This document shows, piece after piece, positions 38,210-51,109 of a stretch of DNA of 64,000 bases (position 1 is its first letter; each line of letters starts with the position of its first letter). The DNA lies in contig NC_043015.1 of NCBI RefSeq assembly GCF_006345805.1, positions 8,680,001-8,744,000 of the forward strand, in the 5' to 3' direction. The translations under genes and the position numbers were made by a program. The notes under the pieces were generated by a model, which was given only the letters and a program-made list of their open reading frames with translations, was not told the DNA's origin and did not search any database. Origin of the DNA: Octopus sinensis (taxonomy: Eukaryota).

Positions 38210-39185
38210 TTATCAATAGAACCCCAGGCCATCAAGCAGGAGAGCCCATGCTAGAAATAATAGCTAAATCTCAAAACTGCGAAACATGGCAAAATCAATC
38301 TGCTCACCTTTCTGCAAAGATTTCTGCAAGTACTCTTTCAGAGTAATTTCCCGCAGCAATATTACAAAGTAATTCATATGAAATTAAAGTGTTTTTTTTA
38401 AACTTCTTTCAAAATTGTTTTCGAATTTTTCAGTTCATATTCGTTTTCCACAAATATGTTTTTTACATCTCTTAGTCAGTTTTTGTTTTTTTATCGGGGC
38501 GCATACAGAAAAACAGAAAAAAACAACCGTTCATTTTACTTTTAAACAATGCGATGCCGGGGAGGAGAGAGATCAATTTTAGCTTGCAGCTTTTCATAAA
38601 AATATTTGAAGTTAAATTTTGAATTTCTGTTTATTTTTTTTTCCCATAATCTTAATCTCCGTATCTTTCCCCGTAGATTGATTGAAAAATAAACATTGGA
38701 AAAATGTGTTAAAATGAGATGTTAAAGAACAAAAATTTGGCATATTATTGCGGGAAATTACTCTGAAGGAAATCTAGGCAGAATGACGAGTAGATTGATT
38801 AGATTATGTGAGATTTGGTTGATATTTCTAGCATGTGGCTAGCCTGCATGAAGTTCTGGTGTATATATATATATATATATTCTTTTTGAAAATTTTAAAT
38901 AATACAGTTTTTTCAAAATCGTAATCTTCGTATTATTCTTTGTATTTCCGGAAAATGTGAAAAATGAAGAATGAAAATGGAAATTTTTTATTTTTTATTT
39001 TTTTCAGAATTGGATCCTCCGTAACTAAACAAAAACAATTTGTATCCATTTTACCGAAAGTTATGACGGAAAAATCGGATCTGAATTTTCTGAAATTCCT
39101 CTCACCACCAGCGGAAAGTGTCTTTTTTTTCATGTTCGTCTTCTTTATTATTATTATTATTATATTATTATTATTATTATTGTTA

Positions 39186-39258
<73 letters not shown>

Positions 39259-39278
39259 CATCATCATCATCATCATCA

Positions 39279-39319
<41 letters not shown>

Positions 39320-41068
39320 TTTCATGGGTGAAGGTCTTTACATTAACAATATCTACAATTCTTGTCAATATTTTGTATTACCTTCAAAACAAGTTGACAA
39401 TCTTGCATATCTACAATATTTTCCGGCCTAACACACAAACGACCATATTAAAAAAAAACTTGAAACTTTAATACTTACAACTTTCTCTGAATAGCTGTCC
39501 ATAATAAACCAGCCTGCTTGGTGTTAACGAGTATCTAGAAAGCGAATATGAAAAAAAAAATTGCGCTAACGACCCTGGGAGCGTGGGGACAGGACTTTCA
39601 GAAACTTCACAAGATTCGATTTTTCCTTCATGAGTTCCCGTAAAATGGATATATATTGATTTCTTTTTAACGGAATCCTTCGTTTTTGATTATGGATGAA
39701 CCCATTCTAAAAAAAGAAAAATTTCAAAAATCGCATTTTCAAAATTTAAATTCATCTCCCATTCCTCCCTCATTTTAAACGTAACAGCATACGAAGAATA
39801 CGATTCAGAAAAAAAAATTGTTTGTAAAATTTCAATTTTAGACATAACAGCGAAATCTCCTAAAATTGCGATAACATAGTAAATACCCGCAGTAAAAGTA
39901 ATTGGTGTGAAATTCAAGTGGGTTTTTTTTTTTTAACTTTTTAAAAAATTTTCGGATTTTTTCAATCAATCTACGTGGGAAAGTACGGAGATTAAAAATA
40001 TGGAAAAAATAAACCTAAATTCAAATTTTTATTTGAAATTCTTTATGAAAATCTCGAACCTAAATTAACCACCTCCTTTCCAAGACATCGAGCTGTCTAA
40101 AAGTGAAAACGAACGGGTGTTTTGTCTGTTTCTGCATGAGTTATAGTGAAACAATAAAAGGATAACGGCAGCGCTGATCACTAAAACAAAGAAAGAAAAA
40201 AAACTTTTAAAATTATTTTAAAAAATGTGTGGAAAACGAATATGAAAACAAAATCGAAAACAGTTTTAAAAGAAGTTTTAAAAAACACTTTAATTTCATA
40301 TGAATAACTTTGTCATATTACTACGGGAAATTACTCTTTGCAGAAAGGTGAGCGGATTGATTACATTATATTATCGCAGTTTTGAGATCTGGCTTAAGCC
40401 AACACGATAGAAATATTATTGTGAATGCTTTGAAGACGAGTTTATGAGAAGACAGGTAAAGCACGTGTTATGTTTAGGAAGTATATGGGCAGAAAGATAT
40501 ATTCCTTTTCGTCACGTATGAGCGACGAGAGAGTCAAGGAGGAAGAGTGTGAGAAAGGAAACGGAGAAGAGGAGAGGGGAAGAATAGGGAAGGGTGGGAA
40601 ATAAAAAAATCAGAAATGGGGAACAACAAGACAGGGAGAGGGATAGACAGAGAATAGATAGTAAAGGTAGAAGAGTGCGCATTGTAATTATTAAGGTAAA
40701 ACCTACTTGGAAAAGGATTCGTGGCGTTAGATCATATATTGATATAAATAATATATAAATATATGTATATATACATACATATATGTAAATACCGGCATAT
40801 ATATGTATGTATGCATGCATATATGGGTGCAGGACATCAGAAAAAAAAGACGTTGAACACAATGCGAAACGAAAACATAGAAAACGAAATATACGCACTA
40901 TTCTATCTCTACTATCTCTTCTCTGTCTATTTCTCTCCCTACTAACATCCCTTACCGTTTGTTTTTACTGTCTTGTTCTCACTGCTCTGTTCGTTTTCTA
41001 TGCTTTTCTTTTTATGTTTTCGTTTCTCATTCTGTTCAACGATTTTTTTATGTCCTATACCATATACC

Positions 41069-41143
<75 letters not shown>

Positions 41144-41237
41144 AGTAGGTATGTACTGATATGTAGGTTTATATCTATATTTATATATTTTTTATATTAT
41201 TATATGATCGAACACCACGTACTCTTTACCTAGGAGT

Positions 41238-41290
<53 letters not shown>

Positions 41291-41620
41291 GTATTTGGAA
41301 TGAAATTTTACGAACAAATTATTTTCAGAATATCGTAATCTTCGTATTTTTCTACGTATTTCGCAAACAAATAATTTCCGAAAAAAAGTGGAAAATGAAG
41401 ATGGTTAGGGGGTATGGTAAATGAAATTTTGAAAAAGCGATTTCTGAAAATTTTTTTTCAGAATCGGTTCCTCCATAGACAAAAACGTAGGATTCCTTCA
41501 AAATAATCAATGTATATATATTCTACCGAAAATAACGACGGAAAAATCGGATCTTATGAATTTTCCTCCAGTCCTCTCTTGTCCCCTATTTTGTTTGCGC
41601 AATTGTTTTGTCAAATTCGC
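37410..41620. mobile_element. cluster of about 5 fragments of one AT-rich repeat family in mixed orientation (37410-37600, 38220-38860, 38880-39120, 39540-40395, 41290-41575)
   Basis: Shared blocks such as CGTAATCTTCGTATT, GACGGAAAAATCGGATCT, TTCATATGAAATTAAAGTG and TTCAATCAATCTACG recur on both strands. Confidence 0.7.
38220..38860. mobile_element. MITE-like copy with diverged terminal inverted repeats, between (TA)n arrays
   Basis: CAAGCAGGAGAGCCCATGCTAGAAATAATAGCTAAATCTCA vs TGAGATTTGGTTGATATTTCTAGCATGTGGCTAGCCTGCATG; inner inverted pair GAGTAATTTCCCGCAGCAATAT / ATATTATTGCGGGAAATTACTC. Confidence 0.6.
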
Positions 41621-41851
41621 CTTCTACACAGTTGTTAACACCCAGTGGGCTGGGTTTTTCTACGCTTTTTTGTTTTTGTTAACAGTTCAAGATCTTAATA
41701 TTAACCATAATCTTTTGAGAGTTATTTTCCGTCGTTCTTCAGGGTTGTATAAGTGATTCTGTCTTCGGCTGCTCGCTGGTTAGAGCAGCGACAAACACGT
41801 CCTGCCGCTAAGGCTTCTTGTCATTATTATCATTATTCTTATTATTGAGAA

Positions 41852-42135
41852 GGCGGTGAGCTGACAGAATCCTTAGCACACCGGACGAAATGCTTATCGT
41901 TATTTCGTCTGCCGCTACGTTCTGCGTTCAAATTCCGCCGAGGTCGACTTTACCTTTCATCCTTTCGGAGTCGATTAAATAAGTACCAGTTACACACTGG
42001 GGACGATATAATCGACTTAATCCCTTTGTCTGTCCTTTTTTGTCCCCTCTGTGTTTAGCCCCTTGTGGGTAGTAAAGATATGAGAATCGTTAGCACGCCG
42101 GGCAAAATGCTTAGAGTTTTTCCTCTGCCACTACA
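41852..42135 (+). mobile_element. SINE family A plus a second tandem head (42083-42135)
   Basis: Family match; inserted after an (ATT)-like tract. Confidence 0.85.
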
Positions 42136-42479
42136 TTCTGTAACGGTTTCATGTAAATACAACATCAGCTCTAACTTGATTGCCGGTCAAGGATTTGGGA
42201 TGCCAAGGTCACCCTGTGTAATTTGGTGCAGGGGGTTTACACCGACCTGTGCAAGGCATTGGTGGCACCAATACCCTGCACTGTTGAAATAGACAGCCGC
42301 ATAAAGAATTACAACATCCGATTTTTTCTTTTCTCACTCCCGTTATATTTGATTTTTTTATTCACATTTTCTTCTACAATACCTTGCCACAATACCTGTC
42401 TTGCTCAAATTATATGTTCCTGTGATGCTTTTGATCTGATATATTTCAGAACTTCATTCACATTTTTCGTTTCTTGGTT

Positions 42480-42860
42480 CAATTTCCACCGATGAACCTT
42501 TTCAAGGTTGCATGTGATATCGCTATCGTTTTCCTGTTGCCTTGCCTATATTCTGTCGTAGATTGCCTTTTGCTCACCTGCCATGTCCCGGTTATTTTTA
42601 TAGTCTTCTTCTAGACCACCTAAATGTCTCTCATCGAGCAATCTATCACTCTTCCTTTCCTCTTTCTCTCCACTGGTCATACATACGTTGTCGGTTTACT
42701 CTAATATGACCACCATTTTCGTTTACGGGGTTGATCAGGTAATAAGATTCCATGACCACAGCATTGACTTCTTTGTTCCATCTACACTTTTGTGGCGGTT
42801 CATTGCTGGATAACGACAGGCTGGAGGGCGGACCAGCATCTCTGAGCTTGCCGGGTGCAA
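42480..42860 (-). pseudogene. R4/Dong N-terminal (Myb-like) region relic
   Basis: KCRWNKEVNAVVMESYYLINPVNENG...RQRMYDQWRER, matching the Dong pattern R.KWT.E.N..VMECY...GYR.RM...W.E. Confidence 0.6.
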
Positions 42861-42970
42861 CAGTGTGTCTATATCAAGGGCTTCAGTTTCATTACCACCG
42901 TTATTCACAATATTTTGTTTCTTCATTGTTACTCACACGTGTTAACGATTATCATGGCGATCAGTTACCA

Positions 42971-43271
42971 GTGTTTATATTGTGACTGCATCACTAGATA
43001 TATATAATCAATCAGGACACAGGGAGATCCTAACCGTTTCTTTTCATCACTATTATTATCATCACTGATATTATTTTTCATATTTTCTATTTGTCATATT
43101 TTCTCTGATCTGACATGCAAAACGCATGTCAGATCAGAGAAAATTTGACAAATAGAAAATATGAAAAATAATATCAGTGATGATAATAATAGTGATGAAA
43201 AGAAACGGTTAGGATCTCCCTGTGTCCTGATTGATTATATATATCTAGTGATGCAGTCACAATATAAACAC
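42971..43271. repeat. 301-bp near-perfect palindrome (148-bp arms, 5-nt loop AAAAC, 1 mismatch)
   Basis: Arm-by-arm comparison; the only difference is TGTCATATT vs TGTCAAATT. Confidence 0.95.
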
Positions 43272-43474
43272 TTATCATTAACACTTTCGTGTGATTTATA
43301 GGTACCGGGTCTTATCTACTAGTGTAGACAATTTGATAGACCACCGCATCTATGATTACAAAAAAAATCGATGTAGTTAGACGAAGCAAAGAAAAAATAA
43401 AAAGGTATCATTCAACCCAATTATTTCCTTCGAAGGTATATGTTGTTTAATGTCGGGGTATATACAAACATACG

Positions 43475-43597
<123 letters not shown>

Positions 43598-43717
43598 GTG
43601 TGTGTGTATTTATATATATATACACATATATATACACACCACATAATATATGTATATATTATAAATATTATATATAATATATATATATATATATATATTA
43701 TGTATATATATATATGT

Positions 43718-43755
<38 letters not shown>

Positions 43756-44059
43756 GCACACACACATATATATATACATGATCAACGCTGTTGTGATCAA
43801 AAGTGACTAGTGTTTGCCGTTCGTTTTTATTCAATTCGCTTATTGTGCGCGCTTGTTTACACATTATTCACTGTTATTTTGAAATATTAATATATGCTCA
43901 TGTAAAACTAGGACATATACGTAACTAATTAGTTTACGTACTTAAGTGTTTGTGATGTGCACTTAATGACATAGATCCCAATATGTACTTGCGCGTGGTT
44001 ATAGTCCAATACTTTTAAAGAGAATTACTTACTCGGGTGTATTCCAGCGTTTTGTCAGA

Positions 44060-44346
44060 TGAAATGCTATTATCATTATCATCATTCTTCTTCTTCTTCT
44101 TCTTCTTCTTCTTCTTCTTCTTCTTCTTCTTCTTCTTCTTCTTCTTCTTCTTCTTCTTCTTGTTCTTCTTGTTCTTCTTGTTCTTCTTGTTCTTCTTGTT
44201 TCGTCTCTTTCTTCGTGTTCTCTTCTTGTTATTCTTCTTGTTCTTCTTCTTGTTCTTCTTGTACTTCTTATTTTTTCTTCTTCTTCTTCTTATTATTATC
44301 ATTATTATCATTATTATTATTATTATTATTATTACTACTATTATTA

Positions 44347-44385
<39 letters not shown>

Positions 44386-44502
44386 GTAGTAGTAGTAGTA
44401 GTAGTAGTGGTGATGGCGGTAGTAGTAGTAGTAGTGGTGGTGCTAGTAGTAGTAGTAGTTGTAGAAGTAGTAGTGGTTTTGTTGTTGTTGTCATTATTAT
44501 TA

Positions 44503-44569
<67 letters not shown>

Positions 44570-44583
44570 GTTATTATTATTAT
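44060..44583. repeat. compound trinucleotide array (ATC/CTT/CTTGTT/ATT/AGT/GTT/ATT)
   Basis: Directly visible. Confidence 0.95.
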
Positions 44584-44584
44584 T

Positions 44585-45195
44585 TACACTTAGTCTGCTT
44601 GTTTACTACAATCAGTTGCCGAGACACACCAAGTGCCCTAGTGCGAGTGAATGATAAGTGATTTTACAGTTTGACTCAAAGCTTGGGGGAGATAAGTCGC
44701 AGGAGCAGTAGCGAAATGTCGTCATGTAATACAACTCATGCATTGAAATTGGTAAGGTTTTTTTCTACGGATGTGAACAGTACTTTTCTGCACAACGCTT
44801 TGAATTCCTATGAGATTTGGGATAATGCTATAAGCTTTCCTATGAATTATCCATACTACCGATGGATTTTTCTTTCTAGCTCTTACTTCATTTTGGAATA
44901 CTTTGTCTATGTAAAATAGATCACGCGTTTCTCTAGCCTTCTTCCTTAAACCTTCCTGTTCTTCTGGCAGTAAAGTATGGTTGTCAAGGTGCTCGTAAAC
45001 GCTCTCAGAAAGCATACCTGTTAACAGTTTCCACAGTGAATGTAAGCAAGTGATTGGTCCTATATTTACTAGCTGCGTCATACTTGCAATTTTTTCATAA
45101 TGTGTGTTGTCCTCCCTCCTGCAATTTGATTTGACATTATTCCTCCATCGAGGCAGTCCCGAAGTTGGATTATTCCTCTATTATGGCTATCCTAA
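44585..45195 (-). pseudogene. R4/Dong RT N-terminal relic joined to a putative 3' UTR, followed by (AAT)n
   Basis: EGRTTHIMK...YRPITCLHSLWKLLTGMLSESVYEHLDNHTLLPEEQEGLRKKARETRD..IDK...VVWI.HRKAY, matching NYRPITCL..WKLLT...LPEEQKGCR..DYKKAYD. Confidence 0.8.
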
Positions 45196-45214
45196 ATTAA
45201 AGCAATTTTAAATT

Positions 45215-45217
<3 letters not shown>

Positions 45218-45246
<29 letters not shown>

Positions 45247-45289
45247 ATACTACTACTACTACTACTACCAGCACCACCACCACCACCAT

Positions 45290-45342
<53 letters not shown>

Positions 45343-45399
45343 TATTATTGCTGCTGCTGTTATTATTATTATTAGTAGTACTAGTAATAGTAATAGTAA

Positions 45400-45464
<65 letters not shown>

Positions 45465-45490
45465 TCATCATCGTCATCGTCATCATCTTT
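45218..45490. repeat. (CTA)n/(TAG)n inverted compound microsatellite
   Basis: (ACT)n 45218-45342 followed by (TAG)n 45374-45463; these are mutually complementary. Confidence 0.9.
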
Positions 45491-45574
45491 CTTTTCATTA
45501 TCACCTTCTTTCAATTCTGTTTCCATTTTTTGCCGTGTGCTTTTCTGACACCTAGTGCAGAGGAATGCACTGTA

Positions 45575-45848
45575 TACATTAATAGGCCATTAAAATATAC
45601 ACACCAAATTGTCTATTTACTAAGTCATGTGATAGAGAAAAGGGTTAGAATGGCAGGAAGAAAAAAAAAATAATGTAGACAAAGAAAATAAAGAGGAAGA
45701 AACTCATCACTGAATTTCTTCCCGTTTTCCCATTATTATTTTGTTTACATTTTTTTTTTATTTCTGTCTTTCTTACTGTTTTTCTTTATCACATGACTTT
45801 GTAAGTGAACAATTTGGTGTGTATATTTTAATGGCCTACCAATATATA
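45575..45848. repeat. ~58-bp diverged inverted repeats, ~150-bp spacer
   Basis: TAGGCCATTAAAATATACACACCAAATTGT...AAGTCATGTGATAGAGAAA vs TTTCTTTATCACATGACTT...ACAATTTGGTGTGTATATTTTAATGGCCTA. Confidence 0.8.
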
Positions 45849-46281
45849 CGGTGTGACGTACCAATTAAGACAAACTTTTGCACTTCCATCATGGATAGTA
45901 AGCCAGGGGTCATTCTTAAATAAGTTTCATTTTTTTAATTCTAAGTGCTCTTACAATCACTGATATTTTAACCGTCTTCCGATGCCACATATTTTCGATT
46001 TCGATTAGCAAATCTTTATACAGCTTGTGGAATTCTACGGCCGAGATTGATCACTGGTTATACCATTGTCAATAAATAGCACACTTTATTGCTTTGGTCT
46101 TTCACAACAATATCTGGTGTGTTTGCCTTGAATGTCCGGTCTGTAAATGCTGGGAAGCCCCAAAGAAGAGATACATTTTGTCACTTAGTTACAGCTTTAG
46201 GATGGAGCTTGTAACATTTATCAGCAGTTTTGTTTTAGAATGCCCACACATTATCCAGTGTAGATAACAGCCAACTCTGTC

Positions 46282-46283
<2 letters not shown>
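45845..46283 (-). pseudogene. R4/Dong RLE endonuclease and C-terminus relic; 5' end abuts (AAT)n
   Basis: DRVGCYLHWIMC...LLWGFPAFTDRTFKANTPDIVVKDQSNKVCY...YKDLLIEIENMW...VQKFVLIGT (PD..D RLE motif). Confidence 0.8.
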
Positions 46284-46336
<53 letters not shown>

Positions 46337-46374
46337 TATTATTATTTGCAATTTCTATGTCATTATTATTACTT

Positions 46375-46530
46375 GATGAAAACTCACAGCTTATTTTGCT
46401 GGGTCTGATGGAAAGTTTCAGCTGTCCACAGCCAGCAGACTAAGGTGACACTTGTTTACTTGTCATGTTTGAATAACCCTAGGAAGAATTGTTTCTGTTT
46501 TAAGCAATGCTGAATTTTTGTAGGTGTTCT
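46375..46530 (-). pseudogene. R4/Dong 3' end (last codons and UTR) with an (AAT)n tail at 46283-46370
   Basis: VKVEHLQK.ALLKTETILPRVIQT*, matching the C-terminal pattern IEHLQK.ALLGTARILRKVL. Confidence 0.6.
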
Positions 46531-46596
46531 ACTTTCACACTTGCACCAAACGTTTTCAGCCATGTTCGCAGATGAGTTCATAGTAGTAGCAGCAGC

Positions 46597-46629
<33 letters not shown>

Positions 46630-46643
46630 GGTAGTAGTAACAA

Positions 46644-46709
<66 letters not shown>

Positions 46710-47175
46710 CAGTAGTGGCAGCACGAGAGGAAAGGAAGGGTTGTGTGTTATGTGAATTGTATTATGTGAACACTTAATGTTCCTAATTATCAGTATTAGT
46801 TGTGTTGTTTCATATATTAATGTTTTTTTAGCGTCACTGTTGCATTTTAAATGACTTAGATGTTTTTTTTTTTGAAAATCTATTCACGTTTAATGCAGAA
46901 AGGGCTACAATCACATAATTTAATGAAGCTGAAGAAAATAAAAACCTTTTCGTTGAATGTATCTCTGTATTTATACATCTTTCTGCTTCTCTCCCATTCT
47001 CTCTCGCTCATCCTCTCTCAGTTCTCTGTTTCTAACCTCTCTCTCTCTCTCCCTTTTTCTCTCTCTGTCATCTATCATTTTATGTTTTTATGCACATTCG
47101 TATACTTGCTAAATGTAAATATGTGTGCTTGTATAAATTTTTCAATAACGTTTATTTACGTATACATACGTATGC

Positions 47176-47208
<33 letters not shown>

Positions 47209-47850
47209 TGCATATATGTATATGTATATATATCTGTGTGTATGTGTATGTATATGTATATATATACGTATGCACGAACTCACACGCACACATACGCACA
47301 GGTGCCCACAGAATACACAAACACATATGTATGTGTGTATATGTGTGTGCGCGTTTGTGTTTGACCGTGCGTATATCTTGTAAAAAGATGAAAATTATGA
47401 ATTAAAATTTTTATGTGACATGAGTTATTAATTAGCAATTAAACAGTATCAAATATATTCCAAATTAATTCCATATAGTTTTGCAAATTAGCATTTCTCT
47501 CAACAATTGTTGTTATGTTCATTGATATCAAAAAACAAATTAACATATGTTTAGATATACATTATTAACTGATATTACAAACACCTATAAAATATACTGA
47601 GTCCCTCCCCTTGCTTCTCAGTTGACTTTTGAACTCGTGTTCGGAGATTATTCCCAAATAAGACTGCACATACAGTACAATATGGGTACTTCCAGTACAT
47701 GAAAGCAGGTTTCCTTTCATTTAAAAATACATGCATTGATGTGGTTTGCTGCGTGTGTATATGCCCCAGCAAGAATGAAAGATATTTTGCATTTTGCTAG
47801 CCTCCGCTTGAGCGATCTAGTCTCAGGCTGGTATATGTATAATTTGTATT

Positions 47851-48387
47851 GTGTGAAAGAGCAGTGCATACCGTCAAAGTTACACACGTAAAATATAGGA
47901 AGCCCAGTATACCCATGAAAACTAACTGTCTGATAAGTAACATGTATCACAACCATATGTGCGCGACATGGTGATCGCATGTCAAAATAAACAGCATATA
48001 ACCTTGCACGAGGGGCGTAGTTAGAATTGTCTCCTGGTCAAGTAACCCATCCCGCTCAAAAGGTCCCTGAATAAGGATTTTTTAAGGATTGTTTAAGGAT
48101 GTTGAAGGAAACACCCATGTTTCCAAAGGTTAATTATTCAAACCCCCAAAATCCCTCTTACCACATGGCTATGATGGTCCCCCACTATTTCAGCTCGTTA
48201 TCAGAGATGCACATATCGTCAGCCACTAAGGGACTTGCTGAACTGACTAGTAAATCTATGATATTGAGTAGAATACTATTTTCTGTAGCCCATATTTTAT
48301 ACCAAGACAAAACAATGTGCGTGATAATACTTCCAATCAGTTAAGATCGAAAACCTTGAGAGCCACTGTCTGGTACTGTGTCAAGGC
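47851..48387. mobile_element. ~550-bp interspersed element, copy 2, adjacent to (ATT)n
   Basis: Colinear with 3637-4188, with the same boundary next to (ATT)n. Confidence 0.75.
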
Positions 48388-48406
48388 AATATTATCAATT
48401 ATTATT

Positions 48407-48483
<77 letters not shown>

Positions 48484-49431
48484 ATTATTATTATTATTAT
48501 TGTTATTATTATTATTATTAATTAAGAAACTGGAGATATTCAATGAATTAAAATTATTTTACTAACATTCTTAATAAGTCCTATAATTCTTTCAATTCAA
48601 TCTCACTAAAATTTACAAACCTAGACAATAAAATATTTTGCATTTTGAATGTTTTGAGTAAAATACGTTCTTGTCCAATGGATATTTAGTACATGTTGTT
48701 CAACTGAGATTCCGCAACAGACTAAATACATGAAAATATGATTAATGTGGAAATTAAAACTAAGAAGTAAATAATACGCAATAATAGAAAATATTGAGAT
48801 AGAAATATACACTCAAAAAATTATAAATAATAAATGATGATAATAAAAATACTAAAATAACAGAAATAAAATATAAATAAAAAATAATAAAATAAAAGTG
48901 TAAAATATGTTGGTAGGATAGAGAAATAAGAATGAAAGATAATAAAACCGTTATATATGTTTCTGTCTATTGTCTATGTTAAGTTACGCTTAAGTGAGTG
49001 TATATACGTGTGTATGCATGTTTCGAAAAAGCTTTTCGAATCGAATCAATTTATTTATAGATGCATAAGCGTGTAATTGTTTAAAAATAAAATTCAACCC
49101 TTATAATTTTGTATTTTTATGATTCGAGTTTTGCGTGTTCATGTGTGTATACATGAGAGAAAAAGAAAATGTTAGCATCAGATAGCAATCTATAAGTTTT
49201 AAATTTTCCGGTAAGATTATCAATAAATTATTACTACGTATATATACTTGTGCGTATAATTATTTGAAAATAAAAGCAATCAGTTATAGTCTTGCATTAT
49301 TATTTCGATATTTAAGTGTGTGCGCGTGTGTACATTTATTTATATATGATTAAGTTGAATGCAATTTTAGGTTTCTATACAGGGTGATTAAGTATATTAC
49401 GTCACGAAAATTAATGTTAGTGATAGATTAA

Positions 49432-49793
49432 AATCTTTCTATGAAAAGCTTACGTAATTTATCAAGAAATGAATTTATAAAGTATTACCAACCTCAGGGT
49501 CCCGGGTTTAGTCAAACTGCGTGGCATCTTGGTCAAGTGTGTTTCTACTATAGCCCCGAGCCGACCAAGACTTCTGAGTGGATTTGGTAGACAGGAACAG
49601 AAAGAAACCATGGTATATATTATATATATATATATATATATCTATAATATATATATATTATATATATATATGATATATACCATGGGTTTCTTTCTGTCCT
49701 GTCTACGAAATCCACTCACCAAGTCTTCTATATAGCCTCGAGCCGCCAAGACTTCTGAGTGGATTTGGTAGACAGGAACAGAAAGAAACCCAT

Positions 49794-49836
<43 letters not shown>

Positions 49837-49860
49837 TAATTATAATATATATATATATAT

Positions 49861-49892
<32 letters not shown>

Positions 49893-50719
49893 ATATATAC
49901 CATGGGTTCTTTCTGTTCTGTCCACGAATCCACTCACAAGTCTTTGGTTGGCTCGAGGCTATAGTAGAAGACCTTGACCAAGATGCCACACAGTTTGACT
50001 AAACCCGGGACCCTGAGGTTGGTAATACTTTATCAATTCATTTCTTGATAAATTACGTAAGCTTTTCATAGAAAGATTGTAAAAACTATTAGAAATAAAA
50101 ACATCAAATGGAATGAAAAGAACATTTACCATATATTTCTTGGACCGTCGTTTCTAACTTTAGCAACTAAAATAATTTTCTAGGCGAAGTGTTCATCAGC
50201 AGATACGCCGAGATTAAACATATAAGTACGATCCACATCAGCATGTGCCCCGTGCTTATACATTATAGTATTCAAAGCCACGGCGCAAGCGCAGTTATTT
50301 GCCGTCCAAAGTTGCGCTGCACCGTGGATTTGAAAATTATAATGTATAAGACCGGGGCACATGCTGGTTTGCATCGTACTTATATGTTTAATCCTAGCGT
50401 ACCTGTTCATGAACACTTCGCCAGAAAATTATTTTATTTCCTAAAAAATGTCATGTTCTGGTGACAGATTGTAAATGTTTATTTTGCATCCCTTCGAAGT
50501 GTTTATTCCTAATAGTGGTGGACTTGGCTCTTCCTTCTAGCGTACCAGGAATCCTGTGACGGATACCACTATGTGTTTAAATGACACAGTATTTATGTGA
50601 ATAATATATTTTCTATTAACTAAATTTAACCCTCTAGGCCACTGGTAGTAAACGTTTCTAAAATATTATATATATATATTATATCATAATAATAATAATA
50701 ACAACCAGGCACACCACGC

Positions 50720-50756
<37 letters not shown>

Positions 50757-50938
50757 ATATATATATTATATAATATATATATATATGAATAATATATATT
50801 CTATTAACTAACTTTTCTCCCCTCTAGGCCACTGGTAGTACAATTTCTAAAATTATAAATATATATATATAATATATATATATTATATATATATATATAA
50901 CAATATAATAATAAAACACTTACCACACGCACATACAG

Positions 50939-50990
<52 letters not shown>

Positions 50991-51010
50991 TAGTGGCGTG
51001 TGTGCGTGTG

Positions 51011-51065
<55 letters not shown>

Positions 51066-51071
51066 GTATTA

Positions 51072-51109
<38 letters not shown>

